Source: Mytilus californianus (lineage: Eukaryota). From it: DNA of 64,000 bases. The notes beneath the pieces are model-generated. The model made no database searches and had not been told where the DNA came from. It worked only from the letters and a program-made list of their open reading frames with translations. This document shows positions 12,609 to 26,129 of this stretch, piece after piece. The stretch lies in assembly GCF_021869535.1 (NCBI RefSeq), contig NW_026262593.1, forward strand, positions 26,288,001-26,352,000, written 5' to 3'. The first letter of the stretch is position 1. Every line of letters begins with the position of its first letter. Position numbers and translations under genes: made by a program.

Positions 12609-14683
12609 GGTAGCAATACACAGTTAGGAAAAAAACTTAAAATTGACACTCATAATTTTTAAACATCCTCTTTCCCTTCCTTTCTAACAAATAAGGCTTA
12701 ATATTTGTGTTTTGCATGTGTATATTTATAGAAAGAGAATCTTCCATAGATTTGATTTCTAATGGTTATAATGGTGAAATATAATCTCTTTTGGGTGTAA
12801 CCATGGCAACAATCTGCATTTCTTTGATACAAAATATTGCATAAAAGGGGGGTGAACATGTCACAAAAGTCTCCAAAATTTGGTCCAAAGGAAAATTTCA
12901 ATCAATTACAGTGATACCTTTCCTGAATCCATAGACATATATCTATCAAGAGGTCCAAAAAAAATCATATGCATTTCTGCTCGTTTTTCCATAAAATTGA
13001 ATTGAAAAGATCGAGCGCAAAATCTTTGTTGATAAATACTACAATAATTTATGAACCTATGGGCGGTACGGATAGGAAAATACGGACTGTCAAACAGAAA
13101 AATTGCCTATAAAACATGCTAAAAACAATCTAAATGTTCATATAAACCCACTAAGAAGGCTATATTATTCTTCAATTATCTAAAAATCTATTTTATTGTA
13201 CAAAAACTTTCATATTTAAAAAATTCACCATGGCCATAATGCGAAACGAAACTTCTAACTGTGTATTGCTACCTTAAGGATAAACATTTTTATTTTTCCA
13301 ATTCCACTTTAAATGGATTTCTGTGTTCTGCTAGCTTAAACGAGCAAATTGGCCTGCTAGTTTTGAAAATTGGTTCAGAAATAAATATTTTATGAAGGTT
13401 AGCAGTTGACACTGAAATGCAACAAAAAAGTGATTTGGTGAAACATGCCATGTCGAAGTGTAAATTCTCCTTTTTTAATCAAATTTCTAAAACTTTACCT
13501 TCTGTGCTTGTCTTTTCTTGTTTAAAAACTTAAATTAACCTTAACAGTAGACAAATTTTACAAGTTAAAGCTATTTTAAGGCTTTAGAATGTCAATTTTG
13601 TTGTGTATTAGCATACCAAAGCCTTGGTTAATATTTAGCAAATACTGAATTGATTTATAACAGCCGGAACAAATTTAGACTTAATTCAAGCTAAATTGTG
13701 ACTTTATACTTGCTAAAATAATAAATTTGATTTAGTCGCATGAAAAAATATAAAGCGTTCCCTTCTGAGGTTTCTACATAACGCGCATTGTTTCTTTTCC
13801 AAGGGGTAGCCACTAAAGTATCAATTTATGACCGAACCAAGTCTTTGTGTCAAAATGTCTATATTGGTTGCTAAGGACAATAAACAACAAAAGTAACATA
13901 CATTGTCATACTAAAAGATGTTTCTCCCTCATAATTGTATCTATAATCTAAATATCAATAGATTTGTGGTATGATTTGTCTAAAAATAAGCAATTCTGTG
14001 ATTTGTCAAATGCCATAAGGTAGCAATACACAGTTAGGAAAAAAACTTAAAATTGACACTCATAATTTTTAAACATCCTCTTTCCCTTCCTTTCTAACAA
14101 ATAAGGCTTAATATTTGTGTTATGCATGTGTATATTTATAGAAAGAGAATCTTCCATAGATTTGATTTCTAATGGTTATAATGGTGAAATATAATCTCTT
14201 TTGGGTGTAACCATGGCAACAATCTGCATTTCTTTGATACAAAATATTGCATAAAAGGGGGGTGAACATGTCACAAAAGTCTCCAAAATTTGGTCCAAAG
14301 GAAAATTTCAATCAATTACAGTGATACCTTTCCTGAATCCATAGACATATATCTATCAAGAGGTCCAAAAAAAATCATATGCATTTCTGCTCGTTTTTCC
14401 ATAAAATTGAATTGAAAAGATCGAGCGCAAAATCTTTGTTGATAAATACTACAATAATCTATGAACCTATGGGCGGTACGGATAGGAAAATACGGACTGT
14501 CAAACAGAAAAATTGCCTATAAAACATGCTAAAAATAATCTAAATGTTCATATAAACCCACTAAGAAGGCTATATTATTCTTCAATTATCTAAAAATCTA
14601 TTTTATTGTACAAAAACTTTCATATTTAAAAAATTCACCATGGCCATAATGCGAAACTAAACTTCTAACTGTGTATTGCTACC
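12609..14683. mobile_element. Non-autonomous DNA transposon with long terminal direct repeats (KolobokP-like)
   Basis: 665-bp direct repeats at 12609-13273 and 14019-14683. Each is bounded by perfect 19-bp TIRs GGTAGCAATACACAGTTAG / CTAACTGTGTATTGCTACC. The internal 745 bp starts with TTAA and ends with ATAA. Confidence 0.8.
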
Positions 14684-15667
14684 TTTGTTTGAAAACAACA
14701 TTATAAATTAAAAAAAAATAAGGACTCATTCTTCAAACGTATCCATTATTTGTGAAGAATAACTTCAAAGTTATTCAAGATGATTGGAAAATATTTGAAA
14801 AAAATATAAATTATCAAAGATCTCTACCAAGTCCCCTATGATGACTTTCACAATGAAATAGTTTGAGTAGTGTGCTGTTACATGATGAAATGTCTAAAAC
14901 AAGTATTGCATCATGAGAGTACCGCTCGTGTGGTGACAAGCACTATTAATGCTGCACAAAATGCATCGTTCATCAATATTTACCAGTAAAACCACCCTAA
15001 GGTCTATAACAAACACAATCGCATAACATGTCTTTTAACTGAACGGAACATTCACTGGAATGGACTCAATGGGATGATCGGGAAAGATGTTGATCCATGA
15101 CCTTTTGTCATAATAGATGGTGTTTCAGTTTATTAAATTTTATATAAGGTATTGATTTTTTTTCTTTATTCTGCAAAAAGCATATTTTACAGACGACATA
15201 AGATCAGTTTTTACAATGACCAGTATAAAATAATTTAGACAAATATTTTTGATTTAAGTATACGAAAATGTGAGCTTGACCTAAAAAATTAATATTACAC
15301 AAAATATAATAATAATTTTGTTATGGATTGACACTGATCATTATTGGTGAAAACGGGCAGTTTATATAGTCTAATTGTAGAGATTTTACGTTTATCATAT
15401 AAACAAATTATAAAAAGACAGTTTTTAGCGGAGGATGCACTTTCATATCATCTCCGTTCTGTCCTTCAATCTCAATCCAAGTAAAAAGAGGTCCGAATGG
15501 CTTTATTTTCAATTCTTTCGGTAAGCTGGATGAATGATTTTCTTTTTTTTTTCTTGTTTTGTTTTATGATTTTTTGGTTGTTTGCTCCTCTGAATGCAAA
15601 ATCTATGAATATTGGTACAATATATGAACTTCACACATTTTGATCTGGAACAGTATTTTTAAAATTT

Positions 15668-16663
15668 TCAAAGCGTAGTTTCTGAAGTAGATTCCCTAGT
15701 ACTGCCTTTAGTTTCGTTACGACGCCAACTACATGTAACCAGTTCTTTAAATTGTTTCTTGAACTGATTGTCAAATAGTCCGTATATAAACGGGTTTGCC
15801 ACGTGGTTAACAACATAAAGTCTTTCCCCAATCCTTAACATTGCAAACTGGAAAGTGTTAAGATTATCCTCATCGACTGTTTTCGCCGTAATCTGAAGTA
15901 TGAACAGTGGAATATAACTCACTGCAAAAACCGTAGATATTGCAAAAGCAATTTTGGTCATCTTACTTGAAATAGCCTTCTGTGTATAGCTGGTGATATG
16001 GTTTTCTAGTCTTCTTTTATGCTGTATGTATAATTTCCGTCCTATAATTGAATAAAGAACGATCAAGACAATGGTATAAAATATAAACAAAGAGAGGAAA
16101 CCGTAACTAAAAGCAGTGGAATAAATTGACGGATTTGAAAGTGATATAGCACAGCTGTAACCAGTTAAGTTATACCCCACATTAATTTCTTCGTATTTCG
16201 AGAGGCCAAAATGTGGGGCAGATAGAATGAATGCAATGCAGAAGCAAGCAATTACCCAGCAATTGACGTTATCCACACTAATTTGTTGTCTCAATGGGAA
16301 GCAAATCTTTCGAAATCTGTGAATTGATAACAGTACTAATAGGTGTGTTGAATACAATAGCAGGAAATACAGCATAACAACAAACACGACACATGCCCAT
16401 TCTCCTTCAAATGAATAATAGTGTACTATCCGAGCAATGTTAAATGGTATCCCAATCGTACAGAAGACCTGATCCGCCACTGCTAGATTCCAGACAATTG
16501 TTCGGTGTACACTTCTAGCATATTTCTTTCCGTAAATAACAAGAACTGTGAGGTTACCAGGAACTCCAATTATTAATGTGATCCCAAGAAAAACTATAGG
16601 TGCCAATAATTTCCGAAACTTCTCATCATTAAGATCACCTATTGTCAAGGTTGAATTAGCCAT
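15668..16663 (-). CDS. Intronless class A GPCR, copy B1 (331 aa from MANST; frameshifted tail)
   Basis: Same 7TM motifs as copy A. The start is taken at the ATG homologous to its paralogs (16663) rather than the upstream TTG. Confidence 0.93.
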   Translation of the reverse strand: MANSTLTIGDLNDEKFRKLLAPIVFLGITLIIGVPGNLTVLVIYGKKYARSVHRTIVWNLAVADQVFCTIGIPFNIARIVHYYSFEGEWACVVFVVMLYFLLLYSTHLLVLLSIHRFRKICFPLRQQISVDNVNCWVIACFCIAFILSAPHFGLSKYEEINVGYNLTGYSCAISLSNPSIYSTAFSYGFLSLFIFYTIVLIVLYSIIGRKLYIQHKRRLENHITSYTQKAISSKMTKIAFAISTVFAVSYIPLFILQITAKTVDEDNLNTFQFAMLRIGERLYVVNHVANPFIYGLFDNQFKKQFKELVTCSWRRNETKGSTRESTSETTL

Positions 16664-18676
16664 GTGAAATTTACCATTACCAGTACAGGAATGCAAGCGT
16701 TTGCTTGTCATCAAATGCAAAATGCAAACATAGCTTTTCGATCCATGAGTATTAAATGAATTTATTTTCCTGGTATTAACGAAGGGAACGAGGAACTGTT
16801 TTTGTATAGATAAAATGCATTTGGATTGGCAAAATTAGGTTACTGCAACATTATTAAAACACTTTATCTTATCATAAGGAAAAAACAATGGACTATCTAA
16901 TCTCATACGTTCGTTGGCTATTTAGATACTATATAAGGTTTTATTTTTACAGAATAATAAACGTACTTCCCTAAAGAGTTATCTGGTTCATGCATAAATA
17001 TATATTTTAAGATTGAATACAGAAACCTGCTGATTATTATGTCATGGCAGATGTCTTCGACCAAGAGTTTTATCAAGGTTACTTCTTCAACTTAATACAT
17101 TGTACAAATACACAACATTATTGCGATACGTCAAATTATATCCCCATTTTACTCGTTGCGTTATTAAAATTTTATTTTAACTGAGTGATAATTACATTTG
17201 ATTAACCGACACATGTTTTACTTTTTGCCCCTCTGATAGTTGTTTTGTGCTTATTACTCATCTGATAATTCTAGTTACTTACAACTGTCCACATTCTTTG
17301 TGTGCCTATCGCACAATATAGTTGTTTTTACCATAAATTAGGCCGTTTTGTTTTCTCTTTTGAATTTAGTTATTATAGTTTACCGAACGGTGTGAGTTTT
17401 GTTAGTTAGTGTAGGGCGCGTACAGTGACCTGTAGTTGTTTAATTCTGATCATTTTGTCTTTGGTGGATAATGTTTCATTGGAGGCCACATCTCCAAATT
17501 TTCTTACAAGCGTGGGAATATGAAAGTATTATAATTGCGTGCAGTCTGTTCGTTACTTTATCGGTAATGTGAATCAAAATACATTTATATTACATGTTTC
17601 GTTTCTTTAGAAACATGTTGGACAACATACAACGATAATGCAAGCAGAAAATAAATGAGGAAATTCAAACCTCGTCAAAAACATCACATAACAACTCTAT
17701 ATTTTCAATTCTAGCGCTAGCAAGGGCGTCATTCGGTTTATTGAGAACTCTGTCCTTTGATTTACAATTGTGTTGAGTTTCATACAAAAAAAAGTCTATT
17801 GATCCAATTTGTGTGTGTATTTGATGTGTATTACATACCGTTTGATTATATACTTATGTCTAGTATTTTGAACGTATTACAATTGTTCTATTTATCTGCA
17901 TTTATTTTATTACTAAATGTACATGATTTCCAAGACGATAAAACAGCTGCATTTGTTAAAGCGAACAAATGATTACGCGTCGTAAAGAAGGGTAAAAAAG
18001 ACAAATACTTTTTTTTTCAAATACAACATGTACAAAGACAGAAAGGGTAAAAAAAGAAATATTTGTGCAAATACACCGACGATAATTAAACTTAAACAAA
18101 AATCATATCATATAAGACAATACATGAAAATACACTAGCTATCAACCAATGAAAATCCAGGATACTTATTTAAGGTTTACTTATGTGGAAAGTTGCATGG
18201 ATTGGAACAATGAAACTATAGAGCTTACATAAAACAGTGGAATAGAATCACATTGTTGTAGTTTACAATTCGATATTGACAACTGTAAACAAGAGACATT
18301 ACTATTTTAAAGGACAAATGACATACCAAAAAGAATCTGCAAGGGACGTTTGAAAAAAAGAAAGACTCTAGCGAGGATGACAATTCAGACTATGAATCGA
18401 TTGGAAGTAAAAAATAGAATAAACGTTCATTAAGTTGGAGACAAATCGAAAACAGTACCAGCTATGATATAATATGTACAGGTGCAAATAGAAACATATA
18501 GTTATTGATGAATATCAATACAGAAGAGGAACCGTATTAATAGAAACAAAACAAAAATGAGTACTTTACAACACTAGATAAATTGTGTTATGCATTGTAC
18601 ATCCGTTTTGGTCACATAGTTTCTGACGTTTCTACGTATTTATACATCCATGGTTTTCGATTTTTTTCAATTTAGC

Positions 18677-18715
18677 GTTCCTGATGAAGTTAAATCCAGA
18701 AGCGGTTGAGGCGCA
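18677..18715 (+). ncRNA. Highly decayed hammerhead-like motif
   Basis: gcgttc-CTGATGA-agttaaatcca-gaagcggttgaggcgc. The CTGATGA core is present but the GAAA and stem III are damaged. Confidence 0.3.
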
Positions 18716-20665
18716 CAAATTTAATTAAGTGTTATTTTCATTACAGTTTACTGGCTAAATGAGAATTTAGAAATGAAGCACGAGGAATTAAACCAAAGAT
18801 AATGGCGATTAAAAGAAACAAAACTTTACCATTGCTTTTGGTTGATAAATACTGATTGGATTAGTTATATAACATAAAATAGAGATCGAAACATATTCAA
18901 TGAAATCAGAGCAGAACAATGAAGCTTAGTACAACACCAGTACCAAACCATATTACTTACTCTAAAACTCCAGTGTAGAATATAAAAGAACGACGAATAC
19001 GGGAAGATAGCTTGATTCTTGTTAACATAGATCTTAAGATTTAAGGCAAATATAAGGAAAAGAACAGGATATTTCAGGCACCTGTAAGGAAGTTTTCATA
19101 TATAGGTTCCATACTACAAGGTGATTTCAAACATGGAGTTAAAGGAGGAATGTCATCAGCCATTACTCTATCTTGACTTAAGACAAATTGCAACATTCAG
19201 CAAACTCATTGGAAAATGTGTTTCAAAATTCCGAGCAAAGTCATTACAATTGTGTTTTATTAGGAGATATCGTGAACCTCCAGTGGGATCTTAGCCTTGC
19301 TCGGTGTTGAATGCTTAGGTTTTACTTGGAGATGGAGAACAGCAATGAAAGTGATTTTCCCATGCTTTTTCTTTTCATAAAGCGTGTTTTTAAGTTTCCT
19401 AATATTAAAATTAAATTAGCAGTTGCCTTTATAGTTAACCATTGTTCTATTGGTAAACCAAGGCTTATAAAGGTTTGTAACTATGAAATGAAATCAATTC
19501 ATGTTGCATTGGACATGTACAATTTGCCATGCTACCCGTATTACAAGTAAATGTAATCAGTGACTTTTTGTGTCTGAAAATTTCACATGGGTACAAAACG
19601 TGATATTGTTCGAGGAACCATGGAATGTGTTCACCTGGTTTTCCACTGTCATATGAACGTGTTCACATGATTCTATAACCAAATATTGTCCTTATTTGAC
19701 TTTTAGAAATCAGGTAAAACATCATTTAGTGTTACCACATTTAGTATTTCTATTACAAATAGTATCAGGTCCTTTAATTGACAAATAATGTCTTATTATT
19801 GATTCTCGAGTCACACATATTTGTAAATTCAAAATAAATTACAAACATGTAGCGCTTATATTGCAAAATAAACAAAAGTATAGTAAATCTTGGACAATCG
19901 ATGGAGCTAAGCAAGAAATAGATAAATTCATTAATTTCAATTTTTTTCTCAAATTTTATCGCTTCAGGAAAAGTATAAGTATTATATTACCGAGTACTGA
20001 GCTGCTAGACTAGTGATACACTTGGGGACTAGCATTTCATCAGCACATGTATCGATAATATTGTCTTTACAATCGTGGACTATTATACTCATACTTGTAA
20101 ATTGAGATATGTTGAATTCAAATATTGAAAGCGTTCAAAGTAGATATCATCAGAAAAGTCTCTTTTTTGTATTGTCATTTTCATGAAACAAATGTAGGCT
20201 TTCTAGAAAAAAAATACATGACTTAGATTATTTGACTACAATAAAAAGACCGCAACTAAATCTTGCACACTTTGTACCTCTATAAAAGGGAAATAGTTCA
20301 GCATTTATTTTGAAGTTTAACGTGTTCTTGAACCCAGTGAAACCTGATTTGGTGACAAGTATGCCTTTTATTTCAGAATGATTTGTAATCTGTAACCTTG
20401 ATTTTACTTCTTTTAGTTGCTGTTACTTGACTGAGTACCAGAATGTCCAACCACAGAGTAGGTAACCTGTCGAAAAATTATATACTCCGGAGTAAAAAGT
20501 CGGTAATATGAAAATAGTCTATTTCCTATAAGTATCTTGTTTGACAAATGTAAAGCATTGTTTTTATAATGATTAATCGTAGCATTGCTCCCGTCCTTTA
20601 ATTTCATAAGTTATAATTACAAGTAAAAGAATATTGTTAAAATAAATGTACTTGAGACATTTCTG

Positions 20666-21691
20666 TTACACAACACTAATTTTAGACTGCTCAAGATGAA
20701 TTTCTGTTATTGAAGTAGATTCTTTAGTACTACCTATTGTTTCGTCACGACTCCAACTACATGTAACAAGTTCTTTAAAATGTTTCTTGAACTGCTTGTC
20801 AAATATTCCATAAATGAACGGGTTTGCCACGTGGTTGACAACATAAAGTCTTTCTCCAATCCTTAACATTGCAAACTGAAAAGTATTTAGGCCATCCTTG
20901 TCGATCTCTTGTGCTGTAATCTGAAGTATGAATAGTGGAATGTAACTCACTGCAAAAACCATAGATATAGCAAAAGCAATTTTGGTCATCTTACTAGAAA
21001 TAGCCTTCTTTGTAGAGACGGTGACTTGGTTTTCAAGTCTTCTCTTATGCTGTTTGTATAATTTTCGTCCTATCATTGAGTATATAACGACCAACATAAT
21101 GGTGTAGAATATGAACAAAGCTAGAAAACAGTAATTATAAGCAGTGGAATAAATTGAAGGATTTGAAGGTGATATAGCACAGCTGTAACCTGTTAAGTTA
21201 TATCCAACGTTTATTTCTTCGTATTTAGAGAGGCCAAAATGTGGAGCAGATAGGATAGATGCAATGCAAAAGCATGCAATTATCCAGCAGTTGACAGTAT
21301 CCAAACGTATTTGTTGTCTTAACGGGAAACATATCTTCCAGAATCTGTGAATTGATAATAGTACTAATAAGTGTGTTGAATACAATAGAAGGAAATACAG
21401 CATAACAACAAACAAGACGCAAAACCATTCTCCTTCAAACGAATAATAGTGCACTATCCGAGCAATGTTAAATGGTATCCCAATCGTACAGAAAATCTGA
21501 TCTGCAACAGCTAGATTCCAGACAATTGTTCGGTGAACACTTTTAGCATATTTCTTTCCGTAAATAACAAGAACTGTGAGATTCCCAGGAATTCCAATTA
21601 TTAATGTAATCACAAGAAACACTATAGGTGCCAATAACTTCCTGAACTTTTCATCATTAAGATCAATTATTGTTTTAGTTGAATTAGTCAT
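20666..21691 (-). CDS. Intronless class A GPCR, copy C1 (341 aa)
   Basis: Intact ORF with 7TM motifs; HRFWKIC variant; ends in SVV. Confidence 0.95.
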   Translation of the reverse strand: MTNSTKTIIDLNDEKFRKLLAPIVFLVITLIIGIPGNLTVLVIYGKKYAKSVHRTIVWNLAVADQIFCTIGIPFNIARIVHYYSFEGEWFCVLFVVMLYFLLLYSTHLLVLLSIHRFWKICFPLRQQIRLDTVNCWIIACFCIASILSAPHFGLSKYEEINVGYNLTGYSCAISPSNPSIYSTAYNYCFLALFIFYTIMLVVIYSMIGRKLYKQHKRRLENQVTVSTKKAISSKMTKIAFAISMVFAVSYIPLFILQITAQEIDKDGLNTFQFAMLRIGERLYVVNHVANPFIYGIFDKQFKKHFKELVTCSWSRDETIGSTKESTSITEIHLEQSKISVV

Positions 21692-24611
21692 GGTGTGAAC
21701 TTAAGAAACACAAGAGGTGTACGTTTTTGCTAAACACTTTAAGCAATATGCACATAAATGTTCAAACTATATCACTAATATTTACGAACAAAGAAACAAG
21801 GAAATATTTTGTATGTAATATAAATTGCATTTGGACGGTCAAAATAAGGTTATTTATTATATATATAAAACAATTGTATCTGATCAAGTAGCGGATATAA
21901 AAAGTGTGTTATTCAATCTCCGAAACATTCTATTGTTGATTTTTTTTTAGTTCCATGAATAGATATATTTCAGGGACGGGATACAGACACCTGCTAATTC
22001 TATACAAACGAATTATTGGGCCTACAGTTATGTCGGGGTTACTTGTTTCAACAATTACGTAACTTTTTCGTGTACTTATACCACTTGTTTTATCTCATCA
22101 TGTAATCTTAAACTTAATGTATATAATACTTTTTTGGCAGAACTTGTATTATCATTTTTATCATATAGTACGAAATTAACATTTTTCTTTGTAATAATAT
22201 GATAATTTTTTTTTTGACAAATGTAAGTTGATATAAAAGTGCTTCCTGTTAGTGTCCCACGTCTGTTCGTAACTTTATCTAATCACAATTCTATTCGGGT
22301 AACCTCGGGTTCTGTGAAAGTAACTTTCAACTGTAACCGTAACGGGAAATATGTAACGAAATTTGATTTATTCAATTTATGGAGAACTGTTCCAAGTCAG
22401 GAGCCTGTAGTTCAGTGGTTGTCGTTGGCTCATGTCTGTCATATTTGGTTTTCGTAAATTGTTTTTTTTTTTTATAAATTAGTTGGATTTCTCAATTTAA
22501 TAGTTTCGTATTTTTCATGTCGGGGCTGTTGGATAGTTGTCTTATTGGCAATCATACCACATCTCCTTATTCTTATATAAAGTGATATTGGAGAAAATCC
22601 TTTAATCCGATAAGTATGGGTACGTTGATTTGGTTAATCAACGACACATTGGGGAATTATTTTCAAATCTTATATCTGTTTGAATTTTTGCATTTCAATT
22701 TCACTATCAAGCAAACATTTGCCAAAAGTAAACACTGCGTGTTTGCCACTGTAAACATGTGTTAAATTTAGACACAAATATAATCAACTGTAGTCTAATT
22801 ATGTTCAAATCTCGTAAATCGAGCAATAAGACAAGGTTACACATCAAACTTGGTGAAACGCATGAACTACAAAAGAAGCGAAAGAGGATTTTGAAAAGGC
22901 GTGTTTCTCAAACCAGACAGTCATTGTTATTTCAAAAGGAAGTAATATTTGTATTGTAACTATTGATACTTTACTTTAATAATTTTCAATAATCTTGCAT
23001 ATAAACGGAAGAATGTTGATTTATGAGTAAGTTACTTAAAACTCGGTCATCTGATTGATCCGTAGAGACTAATGCTTTTGATTATCTGCCTCACAATTTT
23101 ACTAGTATTACTATTATTATCTACTCCAATGAAATTACAATTTAAGAAGCCACATTGAGTTAAGTCGTGGCACCCATACTGGGCGTCTGCAAATTTCCAT
23201 ACCGGGGTTTAACATATAGGTGATGTAAAACCTATTGTTTATCATATTTCAAAAATGTAAAATAACACAAATACCTAAATCCAAGGAAAATTCAAAATGG
23301 AAAGTCCTTTTTAAAATGGCAAAAATCAAACTCTGAAACGCATCAAAGGAATGGAAAGCAACTGTCATATTCTTGATTTGCGTTTCCTTATGTAGAAAAT
23401 GGTGGATTAAACCGGGTTTTATAGCTAGCTAAACGTCTCACTTGTATGACCGTCGCATAAAACATATACGAAGCTTGGTCGGTTTTCAGTAAAAAGAGGT
23501 AAAAGTAATTGAAACAAACACATACATACATACACACACACACACGGATATATATGTAATGTTTACTTGTGGTTTACATGTACTTTGAAATTACCGCAAC
23601 TTACATCCATAATTTATACCTATTGATAAATTGTACGATTAATTTCAACGTCATATTTTGCTTTTGCTATCCACGTATACATTTATTTATATTACGTTTA
23701 TCAACATAGTTCCTACAATTGCCCTTATCGTAGATGCGCGCGACAGGTTTTTGGGAAGTAAACTGTATAAAGCATCAAAAGCCAAAAAAAAAACCTGATA
23801 GAACAAAAACAAAAAGGGCATTTGCCTCAGAAACTTGTAACCTCAGTTAAAGTAAATATATCAAATAATAATTTGACAGTTGTAAAATGAACAAAGGGAT
23901 ACCATTTAACAAGTAAAAGTATTAATTTCAAATGGATGGATTTGAATTTTATGAGTACAGTTATACAAAAGATGTACTCATACCAACCACCAATATTGCG
24001 TAAAAAATTGTGAAGTGTCTGAATGAAAAGATGCAGTCAGGTGTTTTCTTGGATTGAACATTCTGTAGCCGTGTGGTCGCCGTTTGTAATTGTCTGTCAT
24101 AATTTTTTTTATTATTATTGTCTTTAATGATAATGAGGACGCTGGTTTACTTTTTTAAATTGTTTCACTTTTATCATCCTCTTACAGCTTACTATTCGGC
24201 ATATTTTTGCTAAACTTTGAGAGCATTAAGGTGACCTGCAGCTTTTTCCTTTCTCAGACTTTTTTTCTTTGGTGGATGTTGTTTCACAGGCAATCATACC
24301 ATATCTCCTCATTTGTGTATTAATAGCAATATAAAAGCATTATACATTCTTCCTGTCTGTTCAGATATTTATTGCAGTCACATTTTCTTCCCAACTGCCG
24401 AAAACAAGTTATTTTATTTAAATTCTGAATCAGATGGAAAGGCTAACACAATCGTCTAAATGGGACGTCAATGACCCTTTCGCCACTTTTAACATTTGAC
24501 GTCACTCTGCATCTGTGTTTCTATCGCTCACCTCTGATGCTGAATTCGAACACCAAAAGAAAAAGGAAAATTACAGAGTGATAAAAATAACATGAACGGT
24601 ACCAGTTTTCT

Positions 24612-24656
24612 GCGCCAAATGCGCATTTCAACAATCAGTGTCTCTTCAGTGATGCT
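24612..24656 (-). ncRNA. Near-intact minimal type I hammerhead ribozyme motif
   Basis: Minus strand: gcatca-CTGAAGA-gac actgatt gtt-GAAA-tgcgc-ATT-tggcgc. It has a palindromic stem III (ATGCGCAT), an NUH triplet AUU, and stem I pairing with one mismatch. Confidence 0.7.
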
Positions 24657-26129
24657 CGAAGCCAAATTATTTGAAAATCTAAAGCTTATTAAAAAGATAA
24701 ATGGCTATAAACCAAAAAGGACAAAAAAAGTATAGCCAAAGCCGAGCAAGGAATCAGAGATAAAATTAAGTGATATGCGAGAGTTCCCCGTGTGGCATAT
24801 AATACTTGTACTACGATTCTACTGGGTAGCAGTTTTTCAGTTTATATCAATATTGTAAACATGTTAACAAAACAAAACTAACATAGAATATGGTATTCTT
24901 TTCTCTTTTTGGCTTTTTGCATGTTTCTGTTATTATATTTGACTTATATCTTTCCGTCAAACATGCAAACCTACAATGCACATTGTGCAATATAAGATGC
25001 AGCTTCACGGAGATGAATTGTTTGTGACTACTTTAATATGACACTTCACTTTATTTGGTGAGAAAAGTAAACTTTTATATGGAAACTTTTTAGTGACTTT
25101 TTTTATTCTTTTGTTTAACGCAAAATTATTTCATACCGGAAATTCATTGTGTGTTTTCTTTAAAACAAATAACACAATAGGACAACATACAATTGTAATT
25201 TGAAGTGGGAAATATAAAAGGAATTTTAAACGATTGTATACGTCACAAAAGAGTGCAAAATCGATTTTCAGTCCTTGGTTTCACAAAGGCGCAATTCGAT
25301 TTATCGAGATATCAGTCCGTTAATCCTAATTTGTTTGTAGTTACATCTAAAAAAAGGTCTATGATCCGATTAAAATGGGATAGTTTATTTGATTTATAGA
25401 AGACACATTAAGAAGTAATTAGCTAATCTTATTATAAGTTTCTTTTTTTTTATTTATTTCATTATCTAACATTTATTTAAGGATGTTCGCTACTCTATTT
25501 CAAAATAACAAGCTTTTTAAAAGACTTTTATGAATTGATAGTACGTAAATAAAGGAACTAAAAACGCAGAAAAAAATAAAGGGTCCGTGTGCTTGTATTC
25601 GAGATATAAGCCATTGAAAATTTGGCGGGAAATGATTCTCTCTTGATTTTTCATACATTTAACATTGGCACCTTTTTCCTTTCAAAAACATTGAAAAAAT
25701 AACAATGATTTTATAAGATTTTCAAATATGGCTTTTTAAACTATATCTAATAGAATTATGAAAAGAAAAGTAGGGGTTAGCGGGCTAAATTTTTAATGAC
25801 ATTATATGGATGAAGCCAGAGGATTCCGAATATCTGGCAAAAATTCAAAAACAAGAGGAGCGAACATCCTTAACATTGATTGGGCAAAAAGAAAATGGCT
25901 TGTGTAAGTGACTATGATAGCTTTTGAATTGAATTGTTACTATTGAGACTTTCTCTTTCGTATTATTTGTTTGACTTCATAATGTAGCCATTCGGTATTT
26001 TGTTGGAGCCATGGGTTCTTAACTGGACCTCAACCAATTTCTATACCGAAGTTTAACTTAAAATTGATTCAAAAATATGGTTGTCCTGTAGTGAATTCAA
26101 TCCAAGGGAAATTGATCGTGACTTTTAAG

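Noticed and set aside
12698-14311. Duplicated 63-67 aa ORF MKFSFGPNFG...
   Set aside because: It lies in the transposon's direct repeats; identity reflects the repeat, and there are no protein features.
14700-15000. Cys-rich degenerate reading (RSCGDKHY*CCTKCIVHQYLP) resembling a transposase-associated Cys cluster
   Set aside because: Too short and interrupted to assign without an HMM search.
16664-16720. N-terminal extensions of the B1, B2 and D ORFs in the ORF track (also 29425-29442 and 49410-49502)
   Set aside because: They start at TTG/CTG, are not conserved between paralogs, and all copies share a homologous ATG before the N-glycosylation sequon.
18230-19250. Purine-rich stretch that looks like decayed coding sequence (also 31700-32130 on the minus strand)
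   Set aside because: No recognisable motif or sustained frame; a translated search would be needed.
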